Of a stretch of 64,000 nt of DNA, positions 1 to 10,425 are shown one piece after another (position 1 is the first letter of the stretch; the number at the start of each line of letters is the position of its first letter). Origin of the DNA: Escherichia coli (GTDB lineage: Bacteria; Pseudomonadota; Gammaproteobacteria; Enterobacterales; Enterobacteriaceae); NCBI GenBank assembly GCA_002099625.1, contig GCA_002099625.1_4857.1; one strand, written 5' to 3'. The position numbers and the translations under genes were made by a program. The notes below the pieces were generated by a model that did no database searches, was not told where the DNA came from, and saw only the letters and a list, made by a program, of their open reading frames with translations.

Positions 1-981
1 GTCATACACCCGCCCGGAGACTTCCAGGAACTCACGCTTGAGTGTTTTGGTGTTAACGCCGTATAAGTTGCCGTCCCCTGCCCGGATGTTACTGAGGTAA
101 CGTTCACGGATGTGGTATTGAGCCACAGGCAGTAATGCCTTCAGGGTTTGGTACAAACCGATACGGGTATCCGTTGGACGAATCGCATCTTCGCGACCCA
201 TGACCTTGGAACCGGTTGAGAATGAAGACAGTACGTTACGCGTACCGTTCATTAACTTACGTGACGTCACTTTACGACGTGCAAAACCACCTTTACCGTC
301 TTGGATGTTGAAGAAGTACATCCAGATATCATTAAAGGTTTGTTGGAGCTTCCAGCGAACCGGGTCAGTCAGTTCCGTTCGCGTACTGCGGTCGGGGATT
401 GCACGTGCCAGAGAAATCAGACGGCGGTAGAGTCCGCCAATCTCTTCTTCTTGGTCGCGGCCATCCTGACGAATGACCAAATCACGTAATCCCGCAGGCA
501 GAACCAGCACATAGCGGCTGAGACTGACCGGACGGAACTTATTGAAGAAATCGACTGTCTCGTCGCGACGCATCGATTCGTTGCGTCCCGGTGTCAGTTG
601 TTCGTAGTAGCGTAGGAAGAAGTTGAAGCCGGTGTCTGCACCTTTATCACTGGGCAGAGCCGGCTCGAAGTCTTTTTCTTTCTCATTCCAGATAGCGAAT
701 CGCTTCCCGGAACAGATTTCTTCGTACAGCTGTTTCAGCTGGAACAATGCCAAACAAACGGTCGGCGAAATGATATCCAGTTTGATATCAATGTACGAGA
801 ACGTTGAGTCTCGTGCTTCGCTCCCTGTGAGGCCAAAAATTTCGGTTGAATACAGTCCTTCAGGGTGAAAGTTTTTCGTCAGTCCCTGAAAGGTGTCTGT
901 TGTTGTAACTGGTTTTAAATGCGACACCAGGGACTTGTTGACGTTTAACAAGTAAAAGTCAACCCAGTTTAGCTTTCTCAC
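1..981 (-). CDS. RNA polymerase beta-prime-like subunit, N-terminal part (3-prime partial, runs off window start)
   Basis: Translation of the reverse strand gives GLYSTEIFG, LPAGLRDLVIRQDG...GGLYRRLISLARAI and DGKGGFARRKVTSRKLMNGTRNV, which align by eye to E. coli RpoC segments GLFCARIFGP, LPPDLRPLVPLDGG...NDLYRRVINRNNRL and [23 protein letters not shown]. GTG start at 981 with AGGAG 7 nt upstream. Not in the ORF track because no stop falls inside the window. Confidence 0.7.
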   Translation of the reverse strand, partial: MRKLNWVDFYLLNVNKSLVSHLKPVTTTDTFQGLTKNFHPEGLYSTEIFGLTGSEARDSTFSYIDIKLDIISPTVCLALFQLKQLYEEICSGKRFAIWNEKEKDFEPALPSDKGADTGFNFFLRYYEQLTPGRNESMRRDETVDFFNKFRPVSLSRYVLVLPAGLRDLVIRQDGRDQEEEIGGLYRRLISLARAIPDRSTRTELTDPVRWKLQQTFNDIWMYFFNIQDGKGGFARRKVTSRKLMNGTRNVLSSFSTGSKVMGREDAIRPTDTRIGLYQTLKALLPVAQYHIRERYLSNIRAGDGNLYGVNTKTLKREFLEVSGRVYD

Positions 982-1010
982 TTTTAAGCTCCTGAATTGG
1001 AAGAAACATT

Positions 1011-4000
1011 ATGGCAAAAAGAGGCAAAGACGGTTTCGATGATATCGATTTAGATAGACTCGACGACTGGGATGATTTCGGTGAACCACCCCGTCCCAAA
1101 GACGAGAAAAAACGAAGCCCGATACTCAGTACCCTGAATGTTGCCAGGAAGTCGGCGTTGTCAACTATCTGGCCAGAAGGGAAACGCGACCAAGTTATCC
1201 TCAAGGGGATGCCTAAGCCGGCAGCTGATGCATACGAGGGCTATCAGTCAGCGGCAGCTGCAGCAAAGGACATTTACGCCCATACGAAAGGGGAGCTTGA
1301 GAAGACCGAGCGCACGCTGAAGATGCAAGCGCGTCAACTCGGTCCGACAATGAAGAAATACTTGCCGGATGCAGTTACTAAACGCTTCGACAAGTGGTCA
1401 AAATCTGACCAGTTAGATTACCAGAACTACGATCCGAATCAGGCATTGATGGATCGTGAACTGGGCGACGTATTCTCAGGTGTGCCAAAGGACGCCGATG
1501 AGCAACGTCAGCTGCAGGATCGCATGGTAGAGGACAAGCTCCGTGACAGCATCAAAGAGATGCGCGCGGATGCAATGCACCAAACCATGATTGGGATGGC
1601 GAAAGATATTAACCTGTTAACCGGGTTAAGCCGTGGGGTATTCTTAAACATCGAGCGTAAGAAGCTCGAATTGCAATACCGCACCCTGTTCGCCATTCAA
1701 GACATCGTGAAGATGAAGCAGTCGGAGTTCGATCGTAACACGCCTGCTTTAGAAGCCATCGTGAAGAACACGGCACTGCCGGATTACGCGAAGGAAGATT
1801 TCTCAGAAGTCCGTTGGGCGAACGTTAAACGCCAGGCTGCGGAATGGATGAACCCGTTGCGTTATGCTGACGGGTTTATGGACATGATTCGCGAAAATAC
1901 CAAGAAGAAAATTTCTGGTATATTTGGCGAAGGTCGTGGTTTGTTAGAGTCCGTTCTCGGCATGGGTGTTGAAGACGATTTCGGCATGAGCGATAGCTCT
2001 TCGTTGACTGCCGAACGTCGCAAAACAAATGCTCGCGATAAAGCAACTGCATGGGGTAGCGGATTCCTTGCGAAGAAACTACTCGGCCCACAAATCGAGA
2101 AACTCCAGAAATGGACTCGTGAGGAGATGGAGAAAAATCCAGAGGTCATGAAACGCCTGCAGAAGGGCGCGTTCACCTTTGGTAATCTTTCCTCTATCTC
2201 GAACTCAGCTATCGCAGGCGAAACGCAAGGACCGTTGGCGGATTTGTTCCGGGTATTGAATGAACTCGGTATTGTCCAACCGTTAAACCGCGAGAAAGCT
2301 TTTCTTGATGAGCGTAATGGCGAAACGTTAAGCCGTTCGGCGAAGTTTGACCGCAAAGCGTATCTTAGCATAGTTGAAGTTATTCCTGCCTGGCTGGCAG
2401 AGATTAACAAATCTGTTCGTCGTGGCTATGGCGAACATGCCGACCTGGAATATGACATCACCAGCCGTGGTTTCGTAGACCGCAAAGTGGTCGGTAATCG
2501 TGTACGAAAAGCGGTTGCAAATGATGAGCAGCGTCTGCGTCTTCAGAATTCCATTAATAGCACTGTGGATTTTGTTGACCGCGGCAAAACACTCTCGCAG
2601 AAGGATCGTCAGCATCTTGCCGACTATATTGAGTCGCGTGCCTCGCAGGGCCGTGCATTCGACGTAGAAGCAATTTTGAAAGACCCGATGCATCTTCATC
2701 GGTATATGCCAGGAAACTCTGCAGAACGCATTAAGGAAGCGTTACAGGGGCATTCTGATAGCCTGGTCGGTGGTAGCAACGAATTAAGTAACGAACTGGC
2801 TCGCAAAATCTCCACAGTGCAGTCATCTATCACCCAACGTCAGGCAATTATCGACGAGGCGGTGAATATTTACGGCGAGCGAGCGTTGCGTGATGCGGGT
2901 ATCTTTAACTACGACGCGAAGAGTGACACCTTCGGCGTGGATAAAGACCTGTCCGATCCCTATACCTTGTTTAATGACTTGGCGATGGGTAAGACACGCA
3001 GCGGGCGTGCATTGACTCGTGACCAGGAGATTCAACGTAAGCTGCAAAATGGTTCGGCGTTAGGCGACTATCTGCGCCGAATGAACCAAGGGGCAAGTGG
3101 TGGTGCCGATGACACGTCGTTACCGCCGGCTTTACGTGGCGGTGGTAAAGGCCGCGGAATGTCGCCTCGGCAGCTAGCCGCGGTTCTCTACGGTGAAACC
3201 TCGACTAACTTTGTTGAATTGTTGAGTCAACGTAACCGTGGCGAAGAAGCGCCACGGAATAACTTTGACGGTATCATCGAAGCGATTCGGGGTAACAACA
3301 ACAGTGACACCCTCCAGAAAATTCTGGAACACGTCAGAAGCATGGACGAAGAAGGGGTTCTCCTGGCTTCGTTAGCAGGGGGTGCTGGTTCTGGCGATGA
3401 AGAAATGGGCCCGCCTCGCCCTGGCGGTGGTAGCGGTGGCGGTAAACGCCGTCGTATTATCATCGGTGAGGATGGGCTTATTCGTCGTTGGGGTGGTGTG
3501 TTGTTCGACACCGCAACAGGAATCGGCGGCTTTGCAAAACGTGGTGTTAAGGGTGCCTGGAATAAACTGAACCAGTTCGGTGGCTGGGCACGCGGTAAAG
3601 TCGCAGGAATGGGTGGCGGAGAAGGTCCTGGTTTCTTAACCCGGATGCGTGGCCTTATTAGTGGTAGTGTCCGTGGGGGCTTTGAAGCAGTAAGCTCTTT
3701 CGGTAAAGGACTACTGGGTATCCGCGACATTTACGATGACCACGGTAATGTTGTTCTGCAGGGCGCACGCCTGGAAGCTGGGGAATACTACCAGGTTATT
3801 GATGGTAAGATGGTTCAGTTGAAAACACTGGACGACATCAAGCTGGGGAGCGACATTGTTGACTCCGCAGGTAATCTGGTATTAGCGGCCGCTGACTTAG
3901 CCGCTGCGGGTAAACTCCGCTACTATAAAGGCGGGAAAATCCAAGCACTGACCCAAGGTCTGGCCAGTAAGATTGGTTTAGGCTTTAATAAGGTGGCTAA

Positions 4001-7000
4001 GCTACCGAAAAGGTTCCTGGATTTCCTGTCACCAAAAGCGGGCAGCATCGTTGGTAAGATTAAGGACTGGCTGAACGAGATTCCGGAAGGCGAAGAAAAG
4101 ACACGTCTCCAGAAAGCGTTCAACCGTGTAACGAGCTTACCGGGTAAAGTGCTCGGTTTTGCGAAACGTGGTGTCGATCGTCTGAAAGACATGATTACCG
4201 ACAACCCACTGACGCGTTGGTGGAAAGGCCGTAAAGATGGTGGGGGTGGTGGTTTCAGTCTCTTCTCATCAACCGGCAAGAAAACCAACCACATCCTTAT
4301 CCGTATCTATAAACTGTTGAACCAACGTTTACCGGGAGATCCGGAAGACGAAAGTTGGACAGAGGAAATGGAGAAGGGCGTCGGGGGTGGCGGTAGTACG
4401 ATCGGTCGTGCAGTACGCGGGGCGTATGATCGTGCGAAAGCGTCATTGTCTGAACGTTTTGGTGGACGTTGGTCAAGAACAAAAGCGTTCTTTGGTCGTG
4501 GACGTGACCGCCTGCGTGGTTGGTTCAGTGGTTTCCGAGGCCGGGCTGGGGATATGCTCGATGGATATCGTGGAGCACGACACGACATTGCTACACGTTA
4601 CGAAGTTGAACGTCGGTTGGCTGGACGCGATGACGATGTTGCTGAGTTTTATCGCAGCCATTTGAACGCGAAAGGTGGCCTTTCTGGCCGTAAAGTCTAC
4701 GGCGATGCGAAGGAAGACCTTGAGACCGCACGTGATGCAGCAGGGAGGGTTATTAACAAAGGGAAGAATGCTGCCAAGTCTGCAGGTGCAAGGTTATTCG
4801 AACGCTTGGACCGAATGATTGGCTTGCAAGAGATGTCGTGGTTTAACACCATGCGCGAATCAGTATCCCGTGCAGGTGGTGACGATGGCATTATTCGCAC
4901 CATGTTTGCGAAGTTCGGTAAACGTAACAAGCCGCCTGAAGGTGATGAAAAACGCGACTACTTTAACTTCTTCAAACGTTGGCGTGAGAAACGTAAGGAG
5001 AAGAAAGAGAAAGCGCAGGGCTCCAAAGGGAAATCTGGCGGTCTGTGGGATATGGTGAAAGGCTTACCTATCATCGGCCCCATCGTCAGTATCTTGGGAA
5101 CTGTGGGTAATATACTCGGTTCTATCACGAAATGGGGGGTGTTAAAACCCGTAGGTCTTTTAGGTAAGGCTGCGTGGAACGTTGGTAAGTTCGCAGTAAC
5201 CCGTTTGGCGGCACCCGCGGTGTCCGCTGTGGCAACTGCGGCATCTGCCGTCGTGACAGCAGTGGGCTGGCCGGCAATTCTTATCGGTGGCGCGATCGCT
5301 GCGGCAGGTTACGCCGCGTACAAGATCGCAACGACTACCTATACCCAGTACCTGGATAAGATGCGTTTAGCTCAGTACGGTTTCCGTGATTACGATAAGT
5401 GGTCGTCGGACGACGGGGCGAAGGCGCGTTACTTAGAAGACGCATTGCGTGAGTATGTGTCTTACGCGGAAGATGGCCAAGCCAGTCTCCGCGGACTAAG
5501 TGGAAAAGACGTTCAGAAGTTAGCTGAAGGGTTCGGTATCAACGTTGAGGAAAAAGGCGAGATGTTGGCCTTCCAAGCGTTTATGCTTCAGCGCTTCATT
5601 CCGATTTATCTCCGCTGGATTACGGCACTGAAATCGATGCCGAACAGTATCCAGTTGGCTGACGTCGGCGATGCGAAGAAAGTATCGAAAGAGGACATGC
5701 AGACACTCTTCAACAAAATGAAGATGACTAAGGATGCAAAAGCGTTCTCTTCGTTAACTGACCCACGCAAAGTCAACCAAGGTTTCTTCTCGAAAGCTTG
5801 GGACGTTGTAACCTTTACACCGAAGGAGTTTTTGAGCGGTGAAGAGGTTATGGAAGTGCAGAATGAAGTTGAGCGTGCAATCAAGTTCAGAATGGACGAT
5901 AAGAAAGCACGTAAGTACGGAATGGCACCGGCTGTAGAGGGGATTAAGTCCGCGGGCGTTGATGAAGCTATCAACAAACTTGGACAGTTGGATAACGAAC
6001 GTAATAAAAATCTGGCGAAGGTAGAGGGTTGGGAAGACGGAACAGAGCAGGTTCAGATTCAGGTAGACTGGAATGCGGTGCTCGACCAGAAAGACATGAA
6101 TGCGATGGAGTCGGTACGTTGGAAGACTTATGGTTTTACCACCATCGACAACGCCACACGCACGTTGATTACGGTATTCGAGAAAAACGTCATCAAAGAC
6201 ATTGACGTGAAAACCGCAAGCTACAAAGGTGATTGGAAGAAAGCAATCGCCTCAATGGTTCCAGACGCTATCGGCACACCGAAAGAAGATCGTTTGAAGC
6301 GGTGGTTCTTTGACCGTTTCTTACCGGTATTCATGACGTACTTGGTTGGGGTGAAACGCTACCTGCCAACAGCTGATCCGCTGAACTTGAAACTGACCGG
6401 CGGTTACCTGTACGAAATCAGTTTGATGATGTCAACAGCTTATAGCTTGAAGGGCGGTATAAGACAGTCGGTGTGGGAAGTGAATATCAACCCATTAGGG
6501 GGCGATGCTAACACTAATCCGTCGTCTATCAAAGCCGAGCTGGAAACGCTGAAGCTGTTATCAAAAGAAGCTGACCTTGCCGTGCGTAACATGATTAAAG
6601 CCATTAAAAATAATGGCAAGCGTGCACGCTGGAAGGATCGTAACAAGAACCGCAGTTCTCTGGAAGTCACCGGTGAAGATGAAGAAGACTCGAACATCAG
6701 TTCGGGAGATTCTTTGTCATCTGACGGTGCTCGCGCCTCAGGCTACATTCCATCGGGCACGAGTGGCGGTGTGCCGGGTAACTTAGGTCAAGTCGTCGAT
6801 GCGGTTGGTGGTGTGCGGAACTACGCTGCAATGACCACTGGTTCGTCGTCGATTAACCTGAGTGATGTGAAAGACGGTGATTATAAGTCACTGGCTGAAA
6901 AATACCCGATAGAAATGTTGGGTAGAAAGGGTGCGTTGAACGTTCCGAATATCAAAGCATTGATTACCGATGCAGCGAACATGATGGGCGTGCCACCTGC

Positions 7001-8132
7001 AGTGGCGTTAGCAATGGCTAAGGCGGAGTCCGGATTTAACTACACCGCTAAAAACCCGTATGCTTCGGCGTCTGGGTTGTTCCAGTTTGTTAACGGCACG
7101 TGGGACGGGATGATGAAGGGGTATTCGCGGAAGTTTGGTATTCCGCGTGTTAACCAAATGGACCCGTGGGCGAATGCTATACTGGGTGTACAGTTCATTC
7201 GTGACAACATCCAACAAGCACAACGTGACCTGGGTGGTAAAGCACCACCTCCAGCCGTGGCTTATCTGTACCACTTCCTAGGTGCAGGCGGCGGTAAGAA
7301 ATTCCTGGAAGCGTGGAAGCGTAATCCGAATATGGCGGCATCGAGTGCTCCTGGGATTACATCCGCAATATTGAGAGGGAATGCCAACGTCTTCTACAGC
7401 AACGGTCGTATACGTAGCGTAGATGGGGTTATTCAGGAACTGAACCGCCGCATGGGTGCAATTTCCGCCAACGAAGTCGCTGCCGATCCGAGCAAGACGA
7501 AGGATATGGTTGCAGGATTGTCGCCTAATTCACCAACCAACCCGGCAGCGGCAATGGGTGCACCGGCCGCTAATGACCCGAGTCTGTCGCCAGCAGATAA
7601 CCTGCCAGCAGATAATGCTAATCGTCGTGATGACGCATTGACGCAGAAAGGGGCCATGGCGGCACAAGATGCAATGGCTACCGCCGCAGGTAATGTAGGA
7701 CCAGCAGCACCTACACCAACCACAGGCGGTACCGGAACATCCGATGCCTCAACAACGGCCGAAACCGTAGCGTCGCAAGCTGCAGCAGAAGGATTGTCTG
7801 CGACGGATGTTGCTAAAGTGAAAGCAGGCGCGGAAGCGCAGGTTAACGCAGCAGCTCGTCCAGTTGCCGCTCCAACTTCTGATGCTACAGCATCGACGCC
7901 AACGCTGAATGGTGACCCGATAGATGTTCAGCAGCTCAAGGTACTGATTCAGTCTCGCGATTACTTGAAAGAGATTCGTGATATTTTGAAATCAAATCCA
8001 AGAGCGGCAAACGACACACGGGGTGGTAGTATCCAGCAAGCGGCAAATGTGCCTCCTCCTGGCTCAGCTGCACGTAGGCAGGAAATAACCCAACCGACAC
8101 CGTCGTTAAACGTAAGTCGGAAAGCAAGCTAA
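1011..8132 (+). CDS. Giant virion-associated protein (2373 aa) with C-terminal SLT lytic transglycosylase domain; resembles the phiKZ gp181 class
   Basis: Single uninterrupted ORF. SLT motifs ESGFNYT...ASASGLFQF...AYLYHFLG at about nt 6940..7340. Gly-rich repeats, a long hydrophobic segment (AAPAVSAVATAASAVVTAVGWPAILIGGAIAAAGYAAY) and an Ala/Pro/Thr-rich C-terminal tail. Confidence 0.8.
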   Translation: MAKRGKDGFDDIDLDRLDDWDDFGEPPRPKDEKKRSPILSTLNVARKSALSTIWPEGKRDQVILKGMPKPAADAYEGYQSAAAAAKDIYAHTKGELEKTERTLKMQARQLGPTMKKYLPDAVTKRFDKWSKSDQLDYQNYDPNQALMDRELGDVFSGVPKDADEQRQLQDRMVEDKLRDSIKEMRADAMHQTMIGMAKDINLLTGLSRGVFLNIERKKLELQYRTLFAIQDIVKMKQSEFDRNTPALEAIVKNTALPDYAKEDFSEVRWANVKRQAAEWMNPLRYADGFMDMIRENTKKKISGIFGEGRGLLESVLGMGVEDDFGMSDSSSLTAERRKTNARDKATAWGSGFLAKKLLGPQIEKLQKWTREEMEKNPEVMKRLQKGAFTFGNLSSISNSAIAGETQGPLADLFRVLNELGIVQPLNREKAFLDERNGETLSRSAKFDRKAYLSIVEVIPAWLAEINKSVRRGYGEHADLEYDITSRGFVDRKVVGNRVRKAVANDEQRLRLQNSINSTVDFVDRGKTLSQKDRQHLADYIESRASQGRAFDVEAILKDPMHLHRYMPGNSAERIKEALQGHSDSLVGGSNELSNELARKISTVQSSITQRQAIIDEAVNIYGERALRDAGIFNYDAKSDTFGVDKDLSDPYTLFNDLAMGKTRSGRALTRDQEIQRKLQNGSALGDYLRRMNQGASGGADDTSLPPALRGGGKGRGMSPRQLAAVLYGETSTNFVELLSQRNRGEEAPRNNFDGIIEAIRGNNNSDTLQKILEHVRSMDEEGVLLASLAGGAGSGDEEMGPPRPGGGSGGGKRRRIIIGEDGLIRRWGGVLFDTATGIGGFAKRGVKGAWNKLNQFGGWARGKVAGMGGGEGPGFLTRMRGLISGSVRGGFEAVSSFGKGLLGIRDIYDDHGNVVLQGARLEAGEYYQVIDGKMVQLKTLDDIKLGSDIVDSAGNLVLAAADLAAAGKLRYYKGGKIQALTQGLASKIGLGFNKVAKLPKRFLDFLSPKAGSIVGKIKDWLNEIPEGEEKTRLQKAFNRVTSLPGKVLGFAKRGVDRLKDMITDNPLTRWWKGRKDGGGGGFSLFSSTGKKTNHILIRIYKLLNQRLPGDPEDESWTEEMEKGVGGGGSTIGRAVRGAYDRAKASLSERFGGRWSRTKAFFGRGRDRLRGWFSGFRGRAGDMLDGYRGARHDIATRYEVERRLAGRDDDVAEFYRSHLNAKGGLSGRKVYGDAKEDLETARDAAGRVINKGKNAAKSAGARLFERLDRMIGLQEMSWFNTMRESVSRAGGDDGIIRTMFAKFGKRNKPPEGDEKRDYFNFFKRWREKRKEKKEKAQGSKGKSGGLWDMVKGLPIIGPIVSILGTVGNILGSITKWGVLKPVGLLGKAAWNVGKFAVTRLAAPAVSAVATAASAVVTAVGWPAILIGGAIAAAGYAAYKIATTTYTQYLDKMRLAQYGFRDYDKWSSDDGAKARYLEDALREYVSYAEDGQASLRGLSGKDVQKLAEGFGINVEEKGEMLAFQAFMLQRFIPIYLRWITALKSMPNSIQLADVGDAKKVSKEDMQTLFNKMKMTKDAKAFSSLTDPRKVNQGFFSKAWDVVTFTPKEFLSGEEVMEVQNEVERAIKFRMDDKKARKYGMAPAVEGIKSAGVDEAINKLGQLDNERNKNLAKVEGWEDGTEQVQIQVDWNAVLDQKDMNAMESVRWKTYGFTTIDNATRTLITVFEKNVIKDIDVKTASYKGDWKKAIASMVPDAIGTPKEDRLKRWFFDRFLPVFMTYLVGVKRYLPTADPLNLKLTGGYLYEISLMMSTAYSLKGGIRQSVWEVNINPLGGDANTNPSSIKAELETLKLLSKEADLAVRNMIKAIKNNGKRARWKDRNKNRSSLEVTGEDEEDSNISSGDSLSSDGARASGYIPSGTSGGVPGNLGQVVDAVGGVRNYAAMTTGSSSINLSDVKDGDYKSLAEKYPIEMLGRKGALNVPNIKALITDAANMMGVPPAVALAMAKAESGFNYTAKNPYASASGLFQFVNGTWDGMMKGYSRKFGIPRVNQMDPWANAILGVQFIRDNIQQAQRDLGGKAPPPAVAYLYHFLGAGGGKKFLEAWKRNPNMAASSAPGITSAILRGNANVFYSNGRIRSVDGVIQELNRRMGAISANEVAADPSKTKDMVAGLSPNSPTNPAAAMGAPAANDPSLSPADNLPADNANRRDDALTQKGAMAAQDAMATAAGNVGPAAPTPTTGGTGTSDASTTAETVASQAAAEGLSATDVAKVKAGAEAQVNAAARPVAAPTSDATASTPTLNGDPIDVQQLKVLIQSRDYLKEIRDILKSNPRAANDTRGGSIQQAANVPPPGSAARRQEITQPTPSLNVSRKAS

Positions 8133-8180
8133 TCGTAGGGGGTGGCAACACCCCCTAATCATCTTACAGAGAGGTTTTAC

Positions 8181-10403
8181 GTGGAAGCAAGACAACTAAA
8201 AGATTCAGGATGGGTAACCGGCCTGTTTGGCGGTACAACCGCACAGCGCGATGAGCGCTTCCTGGGTTTGCGTCGTTACTCTAACGCGATGCTCTCGTTT
8301 GAAGATACCACGATGGGTGGTTCGCAAGCGTTAAATGCGCCGCCGCAGTTTACGATGTTTGCTGATCCGAGTTCAACAGGTGCCTTTGCACAACCTGATG
8401 CGGGTCGTGGCTCGTACTCAAAGTACGTTAAAGGTCAAGACCAACGTGGTTCCTATCGTCTAGGGACTTTCTATTACGAAGCTATTAACCAAAACAGTTT
8501 TTATCTTCATTGTCGTTTCGGTAAACCCCGATATATCGGGGTCGCTGCATTCTTCGCGAATATGTACGATTCCAACCTAGCGTATCTGGCGCGCACAGGT
8601 GACTACCCAGGTATGTTACGTGCGATGGGGACGTATGTTGCCGCCGCAGCAATATGGGCTGCAGTAGGTACGGTTGCCTTTGCGGTTATTCTGATTACGC
8701 CACGTATGTTGAAGATGGTGCTGAACAAGCAGACTTCTCGCTACTACTACGTGAAACCGACAATGCATTTGTATCTGCGCGCTGTGCAGAATATGGTCAA
8801 TACCCAGTTAGTTTATCGCCGATTGGTACCAACGGGTGTGTTAGGGACTTTCCAGCTTGCTAATGCTGTAGATGGGTCTGAGAAAGGCGGTACTGCTAAT
8901 AAGTACAACGGCGACCGTAAAGAGTGGTATTCCATGCTGCCAGAAATCTGGACAGCTGATGGTGAGTTCGATATCTATCGAATGATTAACCGCTACCAAA
9001 CATTAGCCAACTACCAGGCGAAAACCATCGATAAAATTCGTAAAGAGTCGAGTAACGAAGAGGACATGGCTCGTCGTTTGCGAAACTTCTATCTGGAAGC
9101 GACGTACTCAACAACCCATTTGGAGAAAGCTGCGCAGTACGAGGTTTCTTTACGTAACCTTGAATACGTAGCCAAAGCCGGTAAAGGGTACGATGCTGGT
9201 TTTGAAAACGTCGATAACAAAGAAGACGAACTGGTAGCAGGGATGAACGGAAGCATTCAGGATGCTCAGTCACAAGGAGGTAAAGCTGAAAACTTCGAAA
9301 ACGAAGGTGATGCGCAACGTAAAGAGCTTGCCGAGCGTATGGCACAGGTTGAAAAGAACCAGGCTCAGGTTGCTAAAAGTCAGACCGAAGCAAACTCAAT
9401 GGATGAGAATAATCTCGACATTGGGAAGATTGAAAACTGGATGGACCAAGGCCAGAAAGAATCTGTCGGTAGCGTCTTCAAAGACTATATCGATATTTTA
9501 GAAGGCGCTATGGATGGGTTAACTTCGAACATCGCTTCGGAGATACGCAATGGTTCGCAGTGGATTACTTGGCGTGTTGATGGACGTGATACCGTAGGGC
9601 GTTCGTTCTCCAACACCACCAAAGAACCTGAAATCTCTGGCACGGTTAACTCCGCCACACAGAAAGCACGTTCTTTGGAAGTAAACCTCTCTGGTGGTAA
9701 GACTGGTTTCGACGCAGTCGATGGTCTCATTACTGGGTTGAAGTCCGCCTTTACAGGCGCACTCGATTTCTTGCATTTATCAGGGATTATGTCGCTGTAC
9801 AACTCGTCAGTGATTGACTTCCCGGAAGTGTGGGACTCCTCAGACACCTCAGGTGACGATATCTCGCTAAGCATTCCCCTTCGCTGTTGGTCGGGTAACG
9901 ACTTAGATGTGTTCCAGGATCTGATTGTCCCGTTGTCGTTCTGGTTAGCGGCAGTTTGCCCGTTAGCAACCGGTAAACAATCGTTTACGCACCCGTTCTA
10001 TCTGGAGTGTTATTCTCGTGGTCGTTATTCCATGCGTAATGCCATGGTAACTAACTTGAGTCTCCAGTTTGGTACAGGTGGGTTAGGGTGGCGTGCTGAC
10101 GGTCTGCCGTTGTCGTGTGATATACAGGTAACTATTCGTGACCTGTCACGCGTTATGTACATGCCGATTGTAACCGATATTGGTGTGTTTGATGATGATA
10201 ACAAGTTCAGTGAATTTATGTCTGTGTTGGGTGCTGCCACGCTTTACGAGCGTACCAACGGTATCGCGCAGGCTAAAATCAACGCGTCTATCTGGGCGCA
10301 GAACTGGGCAAGTGCCTGGTCACAGGGCAGCATCGTCAACGCCGCGTTAGATATCATACCGGCACGACAAATCGCGAACATTTTCCTACCACAAGCGCGA
10401 TAG
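8181..10403 (+). CDS. Hypothetical protein (about 741 aa), probably virion-associated
   Basis: Long ORF immediately after the giant gene. Start chosen at GTG 8181 (GAGAGG 6 nt upstream); the track start at 8142 lies inside a hairpin. Contains one hydrophobic segment. Confidence 0.6.
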   Translation: MEARQLKDSGWVTGLFGGTTAQRDERFLGLRRYSNAMLSFEDTTMGGSQALNAPPQFTMFADPSSTGAFAQPDAGRGSYSKYVKGQDQRGSYRLGTFYYEAINQNSFYLHCRFGKPRYIGVAAFFANMYDSNLAYLARTGDYPGMLRAMGTYVAAAAIWAAVGTVAFAVILITPRMLKMVLNKQTSRYYYVKPTMHLYLRAVQNMVNTQLVYRRLVPTGVLGTFQLANAVDGSEKGGTANKYNGDRKEWYSMLPEIWTADGEFDIYRMINRYQTLANYQAKTIDKIRKESSNEEDMARRLRNFYLEATYSTTHLEKAAQYEVSLRNLEYVAKAGKGYDAGFENVDNKEDELVAGMNGSIQDAQSQGGKAENFENEGDAQRKELAERMAQVEKNQAQVAKSQTEANSMDENNLDIGKIENWMDQGQKESVGSVFKDYIDILEGAMDGLTSNIASEIRNGSQWITWRVDGRDTVGRSFSNTTKEPEISGTVNSATQKARSLEVNLSGGKTGFDAVDGLITGLKSAFTGALDFLHLSGIMSLYNSSVIDFPEVWDSSDTSGDDISLSIPLRCWSGNDLDVFQDLIVPLSFWLAAVCPLATGKQSFTHPFYLECYSRGRYSMRNAMVTNLSLQFGTGGLGWRADGLPLSCDIQVTIRDLSRVMYMPIVTDIGVFDDDNKFSEFMSVLGAATLYERTNGIAQAKINASIWAQNWASAWSQGSIVNAALDIIPARQIANIFLPQAR

Positions 10404-10425
10404 TACACCACAGAGGTAGCGCATT

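Noticed and set aside
1508-7723. Numerous antisense and alternate-frame ORFs (60-180 aa) inside the 2373-aa gene, e.g. 1862..2410, 3227..3730, 5606..5977
   Set aside because: Fully embedded in a long ORF with clear domain content; Pro/Arg/Ser-rich translations typical of antisense reading of Gly/Ala-rich genes; no RBS context.
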